Positions 8,406-19,327 of a stretch of 32,000 bases of DNA are shown piece by piece (position 1 is the first letter of the stretch; each line of letters starts with the position of its first letter). A program made the translations under genes and the position numbers. The notes beneath the pieces were generated by a model that saw only the letters and a list, made by a program, of their open reading frames with translations, did no database searches and was not told the origin of the DNA. Source of the stretch: Acaryochloris marina S15. GTDB lineage: Bacteria > Cyanobacteriota > Cyanobacteriia > Thermosynechococcales > Thermosynechococcaceae. The DNA lies in assembly GCF_018336915.1 (NCBI RefSeq), contig NZ_CP064923.1:3000001-3032000 (forward strand), given 5' to 3'.

Positions 8406-8753
8406 ATGACTCGCCAAATTAAAATGATTGCCGGTTTGCTCGCCACTACAAGCGTCGCTGGATTAGTGGTTGCCGCCTTCCCCCAAATTTCCCTGGCCGG
8501 TCAAAAGCACACTTACGACCCCATCTTGGTTCAACGCTATAACTCTGGTTGCGTCGAGAAAGTGACGGGCAAAGGTTACACTCCTGCCCAAGCCAAGCAG
8601 ATGTGCAGCTGCTCCATGAGCAATATGCAAAGCCAACTCAACGAGAACGAAGCCATTAGTCTGCTCATTAAGTCCCAGTTCAGCTTTTCCAAAGATAAAG
8701 CTACTGGATTGCCCACTTCCCTCTCTCCTTACTTCGTAGGCTGCAAAGCATAA
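8406..8753 (+). CDS. Small secreted 4-Cys hypothetical protein
   Basis: AAGGAG sits 6 nt upstream of the ATG at 8406. The signal peptide ends in 'SLA-GQ'. The mature part contains four Cys. I recognise no family. Confidence 0.6.
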   Translation: MTRQIKMIAGLLATTSVAGLVVAAFPQISLAGQKHTYDPILVQRYNSGCVEKVTGKGYTPAQAKQMCSCSMSNMQSQLNENEAISLLIKSQFSFSKDKATGLPTSLSPYFVGCKA

Positions 8754-8842
8754 CTACATTGAGGGTTAACGCCTGACAGTCATGATTCTCAATTGCCGCT
8801 AAAATATAAGTACAAATAAACTATTTAGCGGGTATCGGGGTC

Positions 8843-9634
8843 ATGGCCTACCCACTTTCAGCAACCAAGCTTCAGACCTATCGTCAATGTCCTCAAGCCT
8901 ACTATTTCAAGCATGAGCGACGGTTAACGGTCCCCTCTGCCTTCGGTTCACCCACCTTCGGTAAGGCAATCCATCGAGCTTTGGCCCAGATCTACCAGGA
9001 CTGGTCCTATGCCGACCCTCTTCCGCCCTTGCAATGGTTTGCTGATTGTTGGCAACAGCATATTAGTGAGCTAAAGGAGTCTCAAATTCATGAAGGCTGG
9101 CAAGCCCTAGAGACCTACTATCACCAATATGTGGCCCCTCAACCCATGCTGCGAAAACCAGTGGGCATTGAGGGCAAGATTCAAGCCTCTTTTCAAGTTA
9201 GTAATATTGAGTTTGCCTTGTCCGGTCGCTATGACCGATTAGATTGGCTAGACGATGGCCTAGAACTGATCGACTACAAAACCAGTAAAACCGTAAAGCC
9301 CCCAGAAGCCATTGATGTGCAGTTGGGGCTTTATTATTTGGCATTGGAGCAAACGTATCACCATGCTCTTAAACGACTGAGTTTGATTTATTTACGCAGT
9401 AATCAATGCATTTCTTATGAGGTGACTCCCGATCATTTAGAGCAAATCAAAGATTTGATTGGGGACTTAGCTTTGAAACTCAGGTCTGATCAAGACTGGC
9501 ATCCTCAGGAAGGATCACAGTGCGATCGCTGCGGGTATCGACAATATTGCAGTGCCCAAACGCCTAACCCTGAACCTCTCCCACAAACCGCAAAACCTCC
9601 GCAAAAGGTCCAATTAGCTCTGCCATTCCTTTGA
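8843..9634 (+). CDS. PD-(D/E)XK nuclease, Cas4/RecB-exonuclease-like with a 4-Cys cluster
   Basis: All hallmark motifs are visible: N-terminal Cys in 'YRQCPQAYYF', 'GKAIHRAL', 'GRYDRLD', 'ELIDYKTSK' (the D/ExK motif), 'QLGLYYLAL' (QxxxY) and C-terminal 'CDRCGYRQYC'. Confidence 0.85.
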   Translation: MAYPLSATKLQTYRQCPQAYYFKHERRLTVPSAFGSPTFGKAIHRALAQIYQDWSYADPLPPLQWFADCWQQHISELKESQIHEGWQALETYYHQYVAPQPMLRKPVGIEGKIQASFQVSNIEFALSGRYDRLDWLDDGLELIDYKTSKTVKPPEAIDVQLGLYYLALEQTYHHALKRLSLIYLRSNQCISYEVTPDHLEQIKDLIGDLALKLRSDQDWHPQEGSQCDRCGYRQYCSAQTPNPEPLPQTAKPPQKVQLALPFL

Positions 9635-9878
9635 ATAGTTTTTTTCATTCCCCTGCAGTAAAGCATTGAGAGCAGACCATAATCTCACCCGAGATCTCGC
9701 TAATTCTGGTTGAAAGCTTTTTTTGATCATCTGAAATATTATTGACCAAAATTAACTCAGTACCAAACGTCCAAGCTTTTCCCTTTACCAGATCGGAAAA
9801 CATCCAGGATGAAGAGTAATCCTGATGCAAACTAGGTTTTTCAGCTCGGAAGTTATTGGCAGGGTTAATAGTCGTGGA

Positions 9879-10166
9879 CTAAAGACGTTGCAATATTGAG
9901 AGACCTGTTATCTCTAGAGCAGCTATGGATGCCGCACCTTGAGTGGTGTGTCGATGTTGTTGCACATTTTCTAGAGCGTCTTCGATAATTTTCCAATCGA
10001 AGTCTTGAAATATCTCTAAGTCCTCAATGAGTTGCAAGGAGTCATGCAGTGCAGGGATGGGATTCTTTAGCTCAACAGCTTGTTGCAAACACTGCTGCAA
10101 GACACTCGTCAATTGATGTTGTTCAGCTCGTTCTGCGAAGGTTAGAGGTCTAGGTTTGTTGTTCAT
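9879..10166 (-). CDS. Hypothetical acidic helical protein (95 aa)
   Basis: An open frame with an ATG start and protein-like composition. I recognise no motif. Confidence 0.4.
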   Translation of the reverse strand: MNNKPRPLTFAERAEQHQLTSVLQQCLQQAVELKNPIPALHDSLQLIEDLEIFQDFDWKIIEDALENVQQHRHTTQGAASIAALEITGLSILQRL

Positions 10167-10552
10167 TAGGAGTTACAAACCCTTGAGCGGGTAATGAAGG
10201 GCGGTAAAAACCTGATAAGAGCGTCTTGGGACTTGTGTAGTAATCGGTTGTGATTAGTCCAGATTTATTCAAAATCGGCCAATCATAAAAAGCAGAATTT
10301 AACCGAGGTCGTCCAGTTCATTAATGTCAAAATTGATATATTTATCCGTCTGTTTCCACCAGGCGACCTCTACACTGTAGCCTCAATCCTTTAAGAATTC
10401 CCCAGTTGCTTGATATTCTCCCAACCTGAATTTATTCTCAATCGCCCCCGCGGAAGGATCAAAATGATGGGTCTTTACCCTAAGTTAAACCAGCGGCGCT
10501 TTCAGGACGCCAGGAGAATCAGCGAATAGTTCCCATACCGCGTCCATAAGAA

Positions 10553-10576
10553 GGTTATGGGGTAAACCCCATAACC
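10553..10576 (-). terminator. Probable intrinsic terminator of typA
   Basis: A perfect 10-bp stem GGTTATGGGG/CCCCATAACC with a 4-nt loop, 55 nt downstream of the typA stop. The minus-strand tail is TTCTTAT. Confidence 0.6.
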
Positions 10577-10630
10577 TCAACCAAATGTTTCCTTACCGTG
10601 ATTACTGGCCATGGCTACACCACACCGGAA

Positions 10631-12424
10631 TTAGCGCTTGGCGAGCTTTTTCTTCTCTAGTTTCCGTAAACGCACAGACTTAGGAGTCACTTCTACCAGT
10701 TCATCAGGACCGATATATTCTAGTGCCCGCTCTAAACTCATATCGACAGGAGCCTGCAACTGCACTAATTCATCGCCCGTAGAACTGCGGTGGTTGGTGA
10801 GGTGCTTAGTTTTGCTAACATTGAGGTCCAGATTCTGGGGACGGTTATGCTCACCCACAATCATGCCCTTGTAGACTTTGACACCTGGCTCAATAAAGAA
10901 AGATCCACGATCTTCAGCATTTTTAAGGGCATAGAAGGTAGCGGTTCCTTCCTCAAAGGCAATAATCACACCATTCCGTCGAGATGAAATATCTCCAGCC
11001 ATTTCTCGGTACTCCAAGAAGCTGTGGTTCATAATGCCATCTCCGCGAGTGAGGCGCATAAACTCGCCTCTAAACCCGATTAAGCCACGGGCTGGAATCA
11101 CAAATTCGAGTTGGGTGCGGCCACTGCTAACCTGCATATCCTGCATTTCACCACGGCGTTGTCCCAAGCGTTCGATACAGCCACCCACGGCCTCTTCAGG
11201 AACGTCTAGCACTAGATACTCATAGGGTTCACAGGGCTGACCATTCACTTCTCGATAAATCACCTGGGGCTGGGACACTTGAAACTCATAGCCTTCTCGG
11301 CGCATGGTTTCAATCAAGATACCTAAGTGCAACTCACCTCGACCGGAAACAGCAAACCGATCTGGGGAGTCTGTTTCTTCTACTCGCAACGCTACGTTGG
11401 TTTCCAGCTCGCGCATCAAGCGATCACGAATTTGTCTTGAGGTTACGAAATCTCCTTCCAAGCCAGCAAAGGGAGAGTCGTTGACGCAGAAGGTCATTTG
11501 CAGGGTAGGTTCATCCACCTTAATGAGGGGAAGCGGCTGGGGTTCGTTGGGACAGGTAATGGTTTCACCGATATTGGCGTTGGCAAAACCTGAGACCGCA
11601 ACCAAGTTACCCGCAGAAGCAGTTGCTAACTCAACTCTCCGTAAACCTTCAAAGCCCATCAATTTGCTGACTTTAGCTTTGACCATCTCGCCATGTTCAT
11701 TGATCAAAGCAGCTTGCTGCCCCATATTAATCGTGCCATTGTGAATTTTGCCAATCACAATTCGGCCTAAATAATCGGAATAGTCCAGGGTGGTTACCTG
11801 CAGTTGCAAAGGCTTCTCAGGATCTCCTACTGGGGGTGGAACATGGTGTAGGAAAGACTCAAACAGGGGTTTCATATCCTCCCCTGGCGCATCTAAATCT
11901 TCCTTGGCATAACCATCCAAGCCAGATGCAAACAGATAAGGGAAATCGCACTGATCATCATCCGCACCCAGTTCAATAAATAGATCCAAGACTTTGTCTA
12001 CTGATCCATGAGGGTCGGCTTGGGGGCGGTCAATCTTATTCACCAACACAATCGGTCGTAAGCCTTTTTCCAGGGCTTTTTTCAACACAAACCGCGTTTG
12101 GGGCATGGGGCCTTCGTTGGCATCTACAATTAGCAGACAGCCATCCACCATTCCCAACACCCGTTCAACTTCCCCGCCAAAGTCGGCGTGACCTGGGGTA
12201 TCCACAATATTAATCAGGGTCTCTTTGTAGGTAACCGCTGTATTTTTGGACAGAATGGTAATACCTCGTTCCCGCTCTAGATCGTTAGAATCCATTACGC
12301 AATCAGGAACGTCCTCTCCTTCACGAAAGGTGCCGGCTTGCTTCAGTAGGGCATCGACAAGGGTCGTTTTGCCGTGATCAACGTGGGCAATAATGGCGAC
12401 GTTACGAATGGGAAGGAGCGTCAT
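10631..12424 (-). CDS. typA: Translational GTPase TypA/BipA
   Basis: '[22 protein letters not shown]', '[14 protein letters not shown]' and 'NKIDR' are G-domain motifs, followed by EF-G-like domains and the TypA C-terminal domain. The start is set at 'MTLLPIRN' (ATG complement at 12422-12424), giving 597 aa. Confidence 0.95.
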   Translation of the reverse strand: MTLLPIRNVAIIAHVDHGKTTLVDALLKQAGTFREGEDVPDCVMDSNDLERERGITILSKNTAVTYKETLINIVDTPGHADFGGEVERVLGMVDGCLLIVDANEGPMPQTRFVLKKALEKGLRPIVLVNKIDRPQADPHGSVDKVLDLFIELGADDDQCDFPYLFASGLDGYAKEDLDAPGEDMKPLFESFLHHVPPPVGDPEKPLQLQVTTLDYSDYLGRIVIGKIHNGTINMGQQAALINEHGEMVKAKVSKLMGFEGLRRVELATASAGNLVAVSGFANANIGETITCPNEPQPLPLIKVDEPTLQMTFCVNDSPFAGLEGDFVTSRQIRDRLMRELETNVALRVEETDSPDRFAVSGRGELHLGILIETMRREGYEFQVSQPQVIYREVNGQPCEPYEYLVLDVPEEAVGGCIERLGQRRGEMQDMQVSSGRTQLEFVIPARGLIGFRGEFMRLTRGDGIMNHSFLEYREMAGDISSRRNGVIIAFEEGTATFYALKNAEDRGSFFIEPGVKVYKGMIVGEHNRPQNLDLNVSKTKHLTNHRSSTGDELVQLQAPVDMSLERALEYIGPDELVEVTPKSVRLRKLEKKKLAKR

Positions 12425-12636
12425 ACTAGGTTCCAAAGATACAGATGTTGGATCAACATGGATTTTGCAAATCTGAAAGAATACTTTCGGCCAGACTTGC
12501 AAAAATATTAATTTTATTTAACAATTTTAGACTGATTCTGCCCAAATCAGTGCAGTGATGATCAAGTCACCCTGCTGAAAGGATATAAAAAAGGCTATGA
12601 AGGGGGTAGAAATGGGCAGTCTAGGGTCAGTGAGTG

Positions 12637-15600
12637 ATGGCTAGTCGTTACGTGAATCCTTCGACAACTACAGGCGTTACCCCTGCCGAGCTGACCTTGT
12701 TTAATCGGCTGACGACTCCTGTCTGGATCTTTGATATTGAGCAGATGCGGATGTGGTGGGCCAATACGGCAGCACTTGGGTTATGGAATGCCGATAGTTT
12801 AGAGGAACTACTCAATCGAGATTGGAGTGATTATTCAGAAGCAACCGAGATTCGATTACAGTCCTATCTTGATAAGTTTCAACAGGGAGAGTCCATCACA
12901 GAGCAATGGACTTTTTATCCCAAAGGTGGCGCTGCGGTTTCCGTTCGCTGCATTTTTTCAGGCATTGCCATTGAATCGGGCCGACTGGCAATGTTATCCG
13001 AAGGCATCTCCGACGCTTTAGAACAGGTGGATGTCGATAGTCTCTGTTCTTTAGAAGCCCTGCGCCATACCACGGTCATGATCTCCCTCTATGATCTAGA
13101 GGGGCAAGCCATTCTCCAAAATCCTGCGGCCTTGCAATGCTATGGAGATGAAGTCCGTCAGGAATCAGAGCCGACGTTTGCGCGTCGGTTTAAAGATCCC
13201 GGCCTCGCTAATCTAGCCATGGTTGCGGTTAAAGCTGGGGATGTTTTCAGTGTTGAAGTCCAGGTCCAAACCCTGCAGGGCATGGAATGGCATGGAATTG
13301 ACGTGCGCGGTACGCAAAATCCCCGCACAGGAGAGCTGGCAATTCTCGTCAATGAAAGCAATATTAGCGATCGTAAACGAGCAGAAATTGCCCTTAATCA
13401 ACTCTTACGACAAGAACAACAACGCACTTTTGAACAGCTCCAACAAACCCAAACGGATCTCCACGCATCTCAACGTTTGTTGCAATTAATTTTGGATACG
13501 ATTCCTCAAGCCATCTTTTGGAAAGATCGACAGTCCACCTATCTGGGGTGCAACCTCGCCTTTGCTGCAGATGCTGGACTATCGGCCCCCCACCAGATTG
13601 TGGGATTAACGGACTATGATTTGCCCTGGTCCCAGGAAGAGGCGGATTGGTATCGACAGTGCGATCGCAAAATCATGAACAGAAATGAGCCAGAAGATCG
13701 AATCATCGAGACCCAAATCCAAGCAGATGGTCATCAAATTTGGCTAGAAACTAGCAAACTTCCCCTCCTCAACAGTGAACAAGCAGTCGTTGGCATCTTG
13801 GGACTGTATGAAGACATCACTGAACGTGAACAATCCAAAGAAGCCTTACAACTGATTTTAGAAGGGACTGCCACAAAGGTAGGTGAAGCCTTCTTTCGCA
13901 CCTGCACACGGGCCTTAGCCGACACCTTAAATGTACGCTATGCCATGATTACAGAGTTAGTCGGTATAGCCCAAGATCGCGTCCACACTCTGGCCTTCTG
14001 GCAGGGGGATTCCTTTGGCGAGAATTTCGAATATCCCTTAGAAGAAACACCCTGCAGAGAAGTGCTTGCCGGAAAAGCCTGCATCTATAAAGACTCCGTT
14101 CAGCAATATTTTCCCAATGACGCCGATCTAGTGACCCTGGATGCAGAAAGCTATTATGGCATTCCCATTTTGAATATTTCAGGTCAGACTTTGGGGCATA
14201 TCGCAGTTTTGGATACTGCTCCACTCAAAGACGTATCCCAATATGAAATGATCTTGCAGATTTTTGCTGCCCGGGCAGCATCAGAAATTGAACGTCAGCA
14301 AGCTCAGCAAGCCCTGGAACAACAGCTCTACAACGCCAATCTCCTCAGCCAAATCACACGAGATATCCGTCAGAGCCTAGATGCTTCAAAGATACTTGAC
14401 ACCGCTGTTCATCATATTGGCCAGATTTTCAAGGTGAGTCGCTGTCATATCCACACCTATACCCACCATCCCACTCCCCGATTGCAAGTAGTCGCAGAAT
14501 ATATGGCCACGGATATGCCATCCCTGATCGGTCAGGATATTCCCGTCCTCAATACGCCTTACATGCAACAACTGTTGTCCCTCGATCAGGCCATTCCGTC
14601 TACCCATGTGGACACTGATACCACTTTAAATGAGTTGCGTCCCCTCCTTACCCAAGCAGGACTTCTCTCTATTCTGTCAATTCGAACCTCTTACTTGGAT
14701 GAAGCCAATGGCGTGATTGTCCTGAGCCAATGCGATCGCACTCGTGCTTGGACCCCCGAAGAAATCAGCCTGCTCGAAACGGTCGCCAGTCAGGTGGGCA
14801 TCGCTCTTGCCCAATCCCACTTACTGGAACGAGAAAAGCACCAGCGCCAGCAATTGATCCAAAATTACCGCCAGCTACAGCAAGAGATCAAAGAGCGGCA
14901 ACAAGCAGAACAAGAACTGGAACTTTCAAAATATAGCCTTGATAAAGCCAAAGATAGCATTTACCTCCTGGACTCAAGCGGGAAATTCCTCTATGCCAAC
15001 GATCGAGCCTGTCAACAGTTAGAGTATTCTCGAACCGAAATTTTAACAAAGTGGTTTGGAGATATTGCCCCTTGGATACCCCCTCAGAAGCTTGAGTTGC
15101 TATTAAAAGACATTAGGGACAATCAATCCCTCACCTTTGAAGGGATTCACAGAACCAAATCGGGTCACATTATTCCGGTAGAAATAACATCCACCTACTT
15201 TCAGTTCCAGGGAAAAGACCGCTTCAGTGCCGTCTCACGCGATATCACGGAGCGCAAACAAGCCGCCCTAGCCTTAGAACGGCAGATTCAGCGAGAAATG
15301 CTGTTACGGAATCTCACTGCTGATATCCGTCAGAGTCTTGATACCCAGCAAATCTTCACCACTGCCGTGCAAATGATCGGTGAAGTATTTAATGTCAATC
15401 GTTGCCATATTCATAGCTATACAGCAGAGCCTGCAGAAGAATTTCCGATTGTCGCTGAATATCTTCAACCGGGTTGTGATTCCATGTGGGGAATTAACAT
15501 ACCAGTCCATGGCGTGGCCCATGTCCAGCAGATGCTCTCGCAAGAAAAAGCGCTGTTGACGTCTAATGTTTATACGGATCCGCTCATTTACCCTTCCCTA

Positions 15601-17358
15601 GATAGTCGCTCTATTCAACTCAAGTCCATCCTTGCCGTGCGCACATCCTATCAAGGGCAACCTAACGGCGCCATTGTGCTACAGCATTGTCAGCAGAAAT
15701 TTAAACGTCAAGACTTTTTGCAGCTACCCATCCCAGAGCAGAACGACATGCTGCGTCAATGGACATCAGATGAAGTTGAACTCATCGAAGCCTTGGCCAA
15801 CCAAGTGGGAATCGCATTAGCCCATGCCAAATTATTGGAGCAAGAAAAACAGCAAAGCCAGAAGCTATCCGAGCAAAATCACGAGTTATTAGTAGCCAAG
15901 CGGGAAGCTGAATCTGCTAACCAAGCAAAAAGTGAATTTCTAGCCAATATGAGCCATGAACTGCGCACTCCTTTGAATGGCATTCTGGGCTATGCCCAAA
16001 TTTTACAGCGGTCGACATCCCTCAGCCCCAAAGACCACAAGGGAATTCAGGTGATGCGCCAATGTGGTCAGCATTTGTTAACCCTCATTGAAGATTTACT
16101 AGACCTATCAAAGATTGAAGCGCAACGGATGGAGCTGCATCCTGAATCGTTCCATTTTCCTGAGTTTCTGACCGGTATTACAGAACTCTGCAAAATTAAG
16201 GCACAACAGAAAGGCATCGAACTCATCACGCAGTTTGCCCCCAATCTACCTGGTGGCATTTATGCAGATCAACAGCGATTACGGCAAATTTTGCTCAATA
16301 TCCTCGGCAATGCGGTGAAATTTACCGACAAAGGGAGTGTTAGCTTCAAAGTAACCTTAGCCACTGCTTCTCCCCCACAAATCGATCAAGAAGACGATTC
16401 TACCCCTGGAGGAAACATCCAACCCATCGTTTTTCAAGTTAGTGACACCGGTATTGGCATTGTCGCTCAGGAACTCGCTAAAATATTTCTCCCCTTTGAA
16501 CAAGTTGGTCATCCTGATCGATACCATCAAGGCACAGGATTAGGGTTAGCGATTAGTCATAACTTGACTGCAATGATGGGGGGCAAATTATCAGTTGTTA
16601 GCCAACCCAATGAAGGCAGTATCTTTTCTTTTACCCTCGCTCTCCCCGTAGTTCAACCCGATGCACTGGCTTTGGCTCTGGAGACCTATGAAAACATAAC
16701 GGGCTACCGTGGACATCTCCGCACCATCTTGATCGTCGACGATCATTTGGATACTTGTGCCGGAATGATTGAGTTACTGAATGACTTAGGGTTTACGACG
16801 ATGACTGCCATAAACGGTCAAGATGGAATCAAGGTTGCCATTGATCACCAACCTGACCTAGTGATTTCTGATCTAATGATGCCTCATATGGATGGTTGTG
16901 CTTTGACTCAAGCCATTCGTCAACATCCCTCGACAACGGATATTCCCGTGCTCATGTCTTCGGCCAGTGCTTATGGGCCGGATCAATCCCGTAGTTTAGC
17001 CGCAGGTTGCAACGACTTTATTGCTAAGCCCTTACAGATGGGTGAGTTAATCCAGAAATTGCAGCATCACTTAAACCTAAAATGGGTGACTACAGATAAG
17101 GCTCATAGGGGTGATTTGCAAACAAATAGCCTCCATCCTCCTTCAATGCAACCCAATATAGTCTGTCCTCCTCGGGTAGAGTTGGAAAGACTCTTGGTTA
17201 TGGCAAATAAAGGGAGTGTGTTTGAAATTACTGATGAAATATCTGATATTCAGGCAATTAATTCACAATACAAAGGTTTCTGCCAGAAAATTATAGATTG
17301 GGCTGAAAACTTTGAAATCACTAAAATCCAAGAATACTTACATCAAAAGCTGAATTAA
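12637..17358 (+). CDS. Multi-sensor hybrid histidine kinase (PAS-PAS-PAS-GAF-GAF-PAS-GAF-HisKA-HATPase-REC-tail)
   Basis: PAS modules include '[16 protein letters not shown]...YEDITERE' and '[14 protein letters not shown]...[10 protein letters not shown]'. GAF modules include '...GHIAVLD...', '[11 protein letters not shown]...[14 protein letters not shown]' and '[11 protein letters not shown]...[14 protein letters not shown]'. The H-box is '[19 protein letters not shown]' (His codon 15955-15957). ATPase boxes are '[12 protein letters not shown]', 'DTGIGI' and 'GTGLGLAIS'. The REC domain is 'ILIVDDH...[13 protein letters not shown]' (Asp codon 16870-16872). An ATG at 12637 directly follows the GTG at 12634. 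Confidence 0.92.
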   Translation: MASRYVNPSTTTGVTPAELTLFNRLTTPVWIFDIEQMRMWWANTAALGLWNADSLEELLNRDWSDYSEATEIRLQSYLDKFQQGESITEQWTFYPKGGAAVSVRCIFSGIAIESGRLAMLSEGISDALEQVDVDSLCSLEALRHTTVMISLYDLEGQAILQNPAALQCYGDEVRQESEPTFARRFKDPGLANLAMVAVKAGDVFSVEVQVQTLQGMEWHGIDVRGTQNPRTGELAILVNESNISDRKRAEIALNQLLRQEQQRTFEQLQQTQTDLHASQRLLQLILDTIPQAIFWKDRQSTYLGCNLAFAADAGLSAPHQIVGLTDYDLPWSQEEADWYRQCDRKIMNRNEPEDRIIETQIQADGHQIWLETSKLPLLNSEQAVVGILGLYEDITEREQSKEALQLILEGTATKVGEAFFRTCTRALADTLNVRYAMITELVGIAQDRVHTLAFWQGDSFGENFEYPLEETPCREVLAGKACIYKDSVQQYFPNDADLVTLDAESYYGIPILNISGQTLGHIAVLDTAPLKDVSQYEMILQIFAARAASEIERQQAQQALEQQLYNANLLSQITRDIRQSLDASKILDTAVHHIGQIFKVSRCHIHTYTHHPTPRLQVVAEYMATDMPSLIGQDIPVLNTPYMQQLLSLDQAIPSTHVDTDTTLNELRPLLTQAGLLSILSIRTSYLDEANGVIVLSQCDRTRAWTPEEISLLETVASQVGIALAQSHLLEREKHQRQQLIQNYRQLQQEIKERQQAEQELELSKYSLDKAKDSIYLLDSSGKFLYANDRACQQLEYSRTEILTKWFGDIAPWIPPQKLELLLKDIRDNQSLTFEGIHRTKSGHIIPVEITSTYFQFQGKDRFSAVSRDITERKQAALALERQIQREMLLRNLTADIRQSLDTQQIFTTAVQMIGEVFNVNRCHIHSYTAEPAEEFPIVAEYLQPGCDSMWGINIPVHGVAHVQQMLSQEKALLTSNVYTDPLIYPSLDSRSIQLKSILAVRTSYQGQPNGAIVLQHCQQKFKRQDFLQLPIPEQNDMLRQWTSDEVELIEALANQVGIALAHAKLLEQEKQQSQKLSEQNHELLVAKREAESANQAKSEFLANMSHELRTPLNGILGYAQILQRSTSLSPKDHKGIQVMRQCGQHLLTLIEDLLDLSKIEAQRMELHPESFHFPEFLTGITELCKIKAQQKGIELITQFAPNLPGGIYADQQRLRQILLNILGNAVKFTDKGSVSFKVTLATASPPQIDQEDDSTPGGNIQPIVFQVSDTGIGIVAQELAKIFLPFEQVGHPDRYHQGTGLGLAISHNLTAMMGGKLSVVSQPNEGSIFSFTLALPVVQPDALALALETYENITGYRGHLRTILIVDDHLDTCAGMIELLNDLGFTTMTAINGQDGIKVAIDHQPDLVISDLMMPHMDGCALTQAIRQHPSTTDIPVLMSSASAYGPDQSRSLAAGCNDFIAKPLQMGELIQKLQHHLNLKWVTTDKAHRGDLQTNSLHPPSMQPNIVCPPRVELERLLVMANKGSVFEITDEISDIQAINSQYKGFCQKIIDWAENFEITKIQEYLHQKLN

Positions 17359-17708
17359 ATCTACTAAATCTTCCCAAATATTTGTCGAGTATTTGTTGAA
17401 TACATATTGAGTTTCTCGTCAATTTGCCTCCAGAGATTCTACTCCTTTCCCCCTGAAACACTTAGAGGATGAAAACTCAGAGATAGGCTAGAAATACTCA
17501 ACAGGTGTAGCAAAAGATTTCCAAAGCCTAAAAATAGACACATTGAAATATATTTATTTAGACAATCAACTCTAAATTTAAGTATTCTTGCGGATTTTGT
17601 TCGTTCCATTACCCTTCACAATGGAAAAGTCAAACCATCCTGTTTTTGACATAAATTTATCTGGATGTGCCATTAGCCTCCACTAGTCCAGTCTTATTTA
17701 CAAAGGCG

Positions 17709-18740
17709 ATGCCTGATTCCCCTAAAACTTCAAATATTCTCATTGTTGATGATGTCCCAACCAATCTGACAATTTTGGCTCAGACTCTAAGGGATCAGGG
17801 GTTTACAGTTTGGGTCGCCACCAGTGGAAATGCAGCCTTAAAGCAATTAGCTCACGGTTTACCCGATTTAATTTTGTTAGACATCCAAATGCCGGGAATG
17901 GATGGCTTAGAAACTTGTACAAAATTAAAAGCAGATCTTCGTACCCAAGATATTCCCGTTATTTTTATGTCGGCTCTCAGTGAGCAAGCGAATAAAGTTG
18001 AAGGGTTATCCTTAGGAGCGGTTGATTATATTACCAAGCCTTTCCAGGAAGCAGAAGTCCTGGCGAGAGTGAAAGTGCATTTGAGCATTCGAGAACTGAC
18101 CCAAAATCTGCAGAGAGAAATCGAAGAGCGTAAACGGGTTGAAGCTGAACTCGCAAAGGCCAATGCCTCTTTACATCGTCTGGCCCATATTGATGGCTTA
18201 ACCCAAGTGGCCAATCGCTATCGCTTTGACCAAGATATGGAGCAAGTTTGGCGACGACTCCAGCGAGATAATGAGCCCCTATCGTTAATCTTATGCGACG
18301 TAGATTATTTCAAACTGTTTAACGATCGCTATGGCCATCAAGTTGGAGATGACTGCTTACGGCAAGTCGCCCATGCCATCCAGCAGGCCGTCCATCGCCC
18401 GGATGATCTGGTAGCTCGCTATGGTGGAGAAGAATTTGCGATTGTTCTACCCTCAACCCATGCCCAAGGAGCAGAACAAGTTGCCCTGGGAATCCTCAAT
18501 AAAGTTTCAGAACTCGATATCCCCCATGAGGTGTCCAGTGTTAGCCCCCAGATTACGCTGAGTTTGGGCATTGCAACCGTTATCCCTCAATCTGATCAGT
18601 CCTTAGATGACTTAATTGAGCTGACAGACAAAGCGCTATATCGGGCCAAGGAAGAAGGCAGAAATACTTATTGTCACCATGACTGTTCACAATCTCCTCC
18701 TTCTCTAAGCTGCTCGCCCTCCCCCCTAAGCCTCCGTTAA
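17709..18740 (+). CDS. Response regulator with GGDEF output (diguanylate cyclase)
   Basis: REC motifs are 'ILIVDDVPTN', 'LILLDIQMPGMDG' (Asp codon 17880-17882) and 'ITKP'. GGDEF motifs are 'DGLTQVANRYRF', 'DVDYFKLFNDRYGH' and an intact 'GGEEF' (18423-18437). An RxxD I-site 'RPDD' lies five residues upstream of it, followed later by 'ALYRAKEEGRN'. I prefer the ATG at 17709 over the GTG at 17667. Confidence 0.92.
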   Translation: MPDSPKTSNILIVDDVPTNLTILAQTLRDQGFTVWVATSGNAALKQLAHGLPDLILLDIQMPGMDGLETCTKLKADLRTQDIPVIFMSALSEQANKVEGLSLGAVDYITKPFQEAEVLARVKVHLSIRELTQNLQREIEERKRVEAELAKANASLHRLAHIDGLTQVANRYRFDQDMEQVWRRLQRDNEPLSLILCDVDYFKLFNDRYGHQVGDDCLRQVAHAIQQAVHRPDDLVARYGGEEFAIVLPSTHAQGAEQVALGILNKVSELDIPHEVSSVSPQITLSLGIATVIPQSDQSLDDLIELTDKALYRAKEEGRNTYCHHDCSQSPPSLSCSPSPLSLR

Positions 18741-18870
18741 GCTCAGCATCCTGTTGGCATTTCAATGCCAATGGTTACTTTGGGTGCTAGCTAAACGATG
18801 CTTAAGACTGAGCCTAAACCCAGCGCTCAGTAAGGTGTATCTTAGGTGAGATCTTTCTTTTTATCGTTGC

Positions 18871-19308
18871 ATGGTGATTGTGCATGAGATTCTTGATCTT
18901 GAAACCGATCAAGGGATTGGCATTTATAATCTATCCCCTCAAATTCAAGGGTTTATTACTACTAGCTCAGTTCAAAATGGCCAAGTCTTAATCTGTTCTC
19001 GCCATACCACTACTGCCTTAGCCATCAACGAGTATGAAGAGCGACTATTAGAAGACATCAAGGTCTATTTGCATAAACTGGCACCTACCAACCAACGATA
19101 CCTGCACAACGATCTACACCTGAGGGACGTGCCATCAGATGAACCTGAAAATGCTCATTCCCACCTGATGGCCATTACCCTCTCCTCCAGTGAAGTGGTT
19201 CCTATTGTCGCGGGCCAATTGGCTTTAGGGACGTATCAATCAGTCCTGTTGTTTGAACTAGATGGCCCTCGCCAAAGAACTGTATTTCTACAAATTTCTG
19301 GAGAGTAA
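18871..19308 (+). CDS. yjbQ: YjbQ/UPF0047 family protein (secondary thiamine-phosphate synthase-like)
   Basis: 'SRHTTTALAINE', 'AHSHLMA' and 'LALGTYQSVLLFELDGPRQR' follow the UPF0047 pattern. Confidence 0.8.
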   Translation: MVIVHEILDLETDQGIGIYNLSPQIQGFITTSSVQNGQVLICSRHTTTALAINEYEERLLEDIKVYLHKLAPTNQRYLHNDLHLRDVPSDEPENAHSHLMAITLSSSEVVPIVAGQLALGTYQSVLLFELDGPRQRTVFLQISGE

Positions 19309-19327
19309 TCGGCAACCCTGCATAGGG

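Noticed and set aside
9645-9830. A 61-aa minus-strand ORF downstream of the 95-aa hypothetical gene, considered as a possible two-gene toxin-antitoxin-like pair.
   Set aside because: It has a TTG start, no RBS before either the TTG or the internal ATG, and no recognisable motif. The evidence is insufficient to call a gene or a TA pair.
10167-10552. A minus-strand frame reading like a decayed gene (...VEVAWWKQTDKYINFDINELDD...) with three in-frame stops.
   Set aside because: Three stops in about 100 codons is what random sequence gives. I could support no family motif.
10638-11744. Four plus-strand ORFs (63-146 aa) inside typA.
   Set aside because: They are antisense shadow frames of a highly conserved gene. 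Their S/R/P-rich composition is low-complexity and shows no motifs.
12425-12502. A 26-codon N-terminal extension of the typA ORF as given in the track (MQVWPKVFFQICKIHVDPTSVSLEPS).
   Set aside because: It begins at a non-ATG codon. TypA proteins start a few residues before '[15 protein letters not shown]', and the ATG giving 'MTLLPIRN' fits the family length.
14443-15408. Cys-His dipeptides in two GAF domains, as possible cyanobacteriochrome or phytochrome bilin-binding sites.
   Set aside because: The 'RCHIH' motif aligns with the N-terminal 'DRVxxYxF' strand of GAF, not with the canonical bilin-binding Cys-His helix. No DxCF or other CBCR hallmarks were seen.
18741-18870. A possible TPP riboswitch upstream of yjbQ ('CTGAG' and 'ACCC' strings).
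   Set aside because: The conserved 'CCTGATCTGGATAATGCCAGCG'-type core is missing and no consistent secondary structure can be drawn.
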